NCBI GenBank assembly: GCA_043228905.1
Contig: JBHGNT010000010.1
Location: forward strand, 7,006,001-7,070,000
Direction: 5' to 3'
DNA from: Azolla caroliniana
Lineage: Eukaryota > Plantae > Polypodiophyta
DNA: 64,000 nt
Every line of letters starts with the position of its first letter. Positions within the stretch are counted from its first letter, which is position 1. Positions 61,823 to 64,000 of this stretch are shown piece by piece. The notes below the pieces were generated by a model that did no database searches, had not been told where the DNA came from, and was given only the letters and a program-made list of their open reading frames with translations. A program made the position numbers and the translations under genes.

Positions 61823-64000
61823 CTGCATAGCATAATATCAACATAACAAAGGTAACAACATTATATCTTGTAATGCAAATACATGATTGAACGGAAGGCA
61901 CAATAAGTCCTAACAAAAATAAAATCACACCACAGGAAGACACTATATGTCATAAACCAAAATAGCTCACTTTCCCCTTATTTTTCATCAATTTTTTAAG
62001 TAGAAGGATAGAAGGAAGTCAAATCTACGAAAACGCACCAGAACTATATGCCAACAGAAACGTTATCTATGATTTGGAAAGTTATCAGCCATTTTCATCA
62101 TCATTACCCCATATTACTAATATTCAAAAGGCTATGTAAAAAGATCCTACGTGCAAGCTTCTGAAATCCTGGCAATACGAGGGCCAAGTTTGTAGATTAT
62201 CATAAATAAGCTTCCAGATTGCCTCTTGTTCCCCTAGCCCTGGTTTCCATTCTAGTTTTAGGTTTTGCAGTTATTCAGCCACATTTTCTCCTTTCTGGAT
62301 GTGTGCTACCAATGTGAATTTGGATGTTTTCAGTTTCAACAACAACCCTAGGGCCCTACACAATCTACTAACTTTGAGAAGACGAGGTGGAAGTTGAACC
62401 CAGCTCTCTCATAAATACAGCTAGCATTTGTGTTCTTGAAGCTTTAGGAATTGCAATTATGGCAAAACCTTTGGTTGAGAATGCTCAGACACATACCTCA
62501 TTTGCAAGAATTATTTGTAGTGTGGATAAGATTGAGCAGATTAACAGCACAATGATTTCCATGGTACCACAGCCTTCTTTCAGATTCTAAGTATACCTAA
62601 CTTGCTATAAATTTCCTTAAAAAAATTTCTCATGTATCAAAGCCAGGGGTTTAACATACGAGGTTGTAGTTTCTCAATTCTAGATTTTCGATTCTAGCTT
62701 TAGGTAATGCAAGTATATAGAAAACCTCTCTAGACTCTCCTATCATTATGTACATAATTGTTTTAAGCTTCCGCCCACTCAATGACAAGCATCAAAGTTA
62801 TGCAAAACCTTGAAATGGCCTATTCCTGAAAAACATAAAAGTTCCTAAAATCAAGGGTATCAGTGAATCTACACTCTGCATGCAGCTTAACTAAGCGTTA
62901 TTTCTTATTCAAACTTTGATGCTCGCAGTTTCCATGCCTAGACAACCCCCCACATAGGTTAGGCATTAAAATTGCATTGAGATATCTTTAAGAAGCTCTG
63001 GTACAGAGATCAATCCCCTAAAAGCATGACAGAAAGCTATCCTAATAAAACAAACCTTTGAGGCACCATGAAAGATGTGATTTGATAGGTAAACTTTAAC
63101 AGGTCGCCTTATGAGTTAGCGAATATGTTAGTGCTCATAGACTAGAAAAAACACATGACCATAGGTAAAAACTCGCCATATAGCCTTCAGAGTAAGATGA
63201 AAGTGCAAAAATAAATGCAAGCTAAAAAATCATAAACAAACTTTGAGAGTTAGCAGAGAATATTTAATAATTCACAAAAGTGGAATGATGTCTCATATAA
63301 ATAGCAACATAGATTTTAAGACCTTCACATAATGATGACAGATAGCAGATGTATACACATTACATGGGTTTTGAAACTTTCATGTAATGTTGATATATGA
63401 CAGATATCTCTATTATAGCAAATACAAGCAAGACAAGGCTGAAGGCACCGTGGTTGCTGGCTAGAGAAATGTGGATGCAAACTCTACAAAAGATAGAGAA
63501 TGTGCATCAAATTGGATATGATTTCAACGATCAGTTTGCAAGTCTAAAACATTCATTGACAAGTAAACTTGAGTTAATGTCAGACTTTGCTGGCATTTCC
63601 AAGGATACTATAGCTATAATTTGTGTTTTATTGCTTTGGATATCATAACTATGCTTTAGATTATAACCATCAATGCCATAAACAATATCTGGAGATAAAA
63701 ATCCATCGCAATGGCCTTGTTTTTAGAAATAAAAAAAATGGGATAGAAAGAGAGGGAGGAAGAAAGAGAATAAAGCATGGACAAGAATACTGTATTGCAA
63801 AAAGTAATATGTTTAATTATCAACTTCCTACAAATCGAGATAGAATTTATAATGCAGAATTAGTACCGATAGGATTGCCACTGGACATCTGATGTCCCAA
63901 ACAAAGACTTGTCTATAGCAATAGAAAAGGTTATCTTAGAGATCACCTAAACAAGAAGCAATAGCCTTCTTATTAATAGTCTTAGTATGCCTGGTCCTTT

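Overview
Eukaryotic nuclear DNA from a land plant, probably a seed-free plant such as a fern (inferred from a Tcn1-like chromovirus, RTEX-like LINEs and compact GT-AG introns). Three intron-containing genes lie on the minus strand: mitochondrial FtsH4 protease (1-3395, continues past the left edge), an ORTHRUS/VIM (UHRF1-like) gene (48280-54868) with an unusual ~370-aa C-terminal extension, and an ORP3 oxysterol-binding protein (59468-61822, 5' exon not located). Between FtsH4 and ORTH is a ~40-kb stack of nested transposons. An intact young Copia (25168-30778) sits in the 5' LTR of a near-intact chromovirus (24809-36154), which sits in the 3' LTR of a decayed Copia (19908-36780). The stack also holds L1 and RTEX-like LINEs, a tRNA-derived SINE, hAT-like MITEs and solo LTRs. 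Main leads: (1) a TGTCG...CGACA element family that inserts at ACGT with 4-bp TSDs, seen three times, once attached to a Gypsy integrase; (2) a self-priming signal and a GUUAAAC/pseudoknot -1 frameshift in the chromovirus; (3) antisense tRNA-like Pol III A/B-box modules in the U3 of two unrelated LTR families; (4) a CUE-like domain plus eight NGC repeats on the VIM protein; (5) anomalous TSDs (8 bp for a Copia, ~110 bp for an RTEX LINE). All calls come from manual reading; no database search was run.
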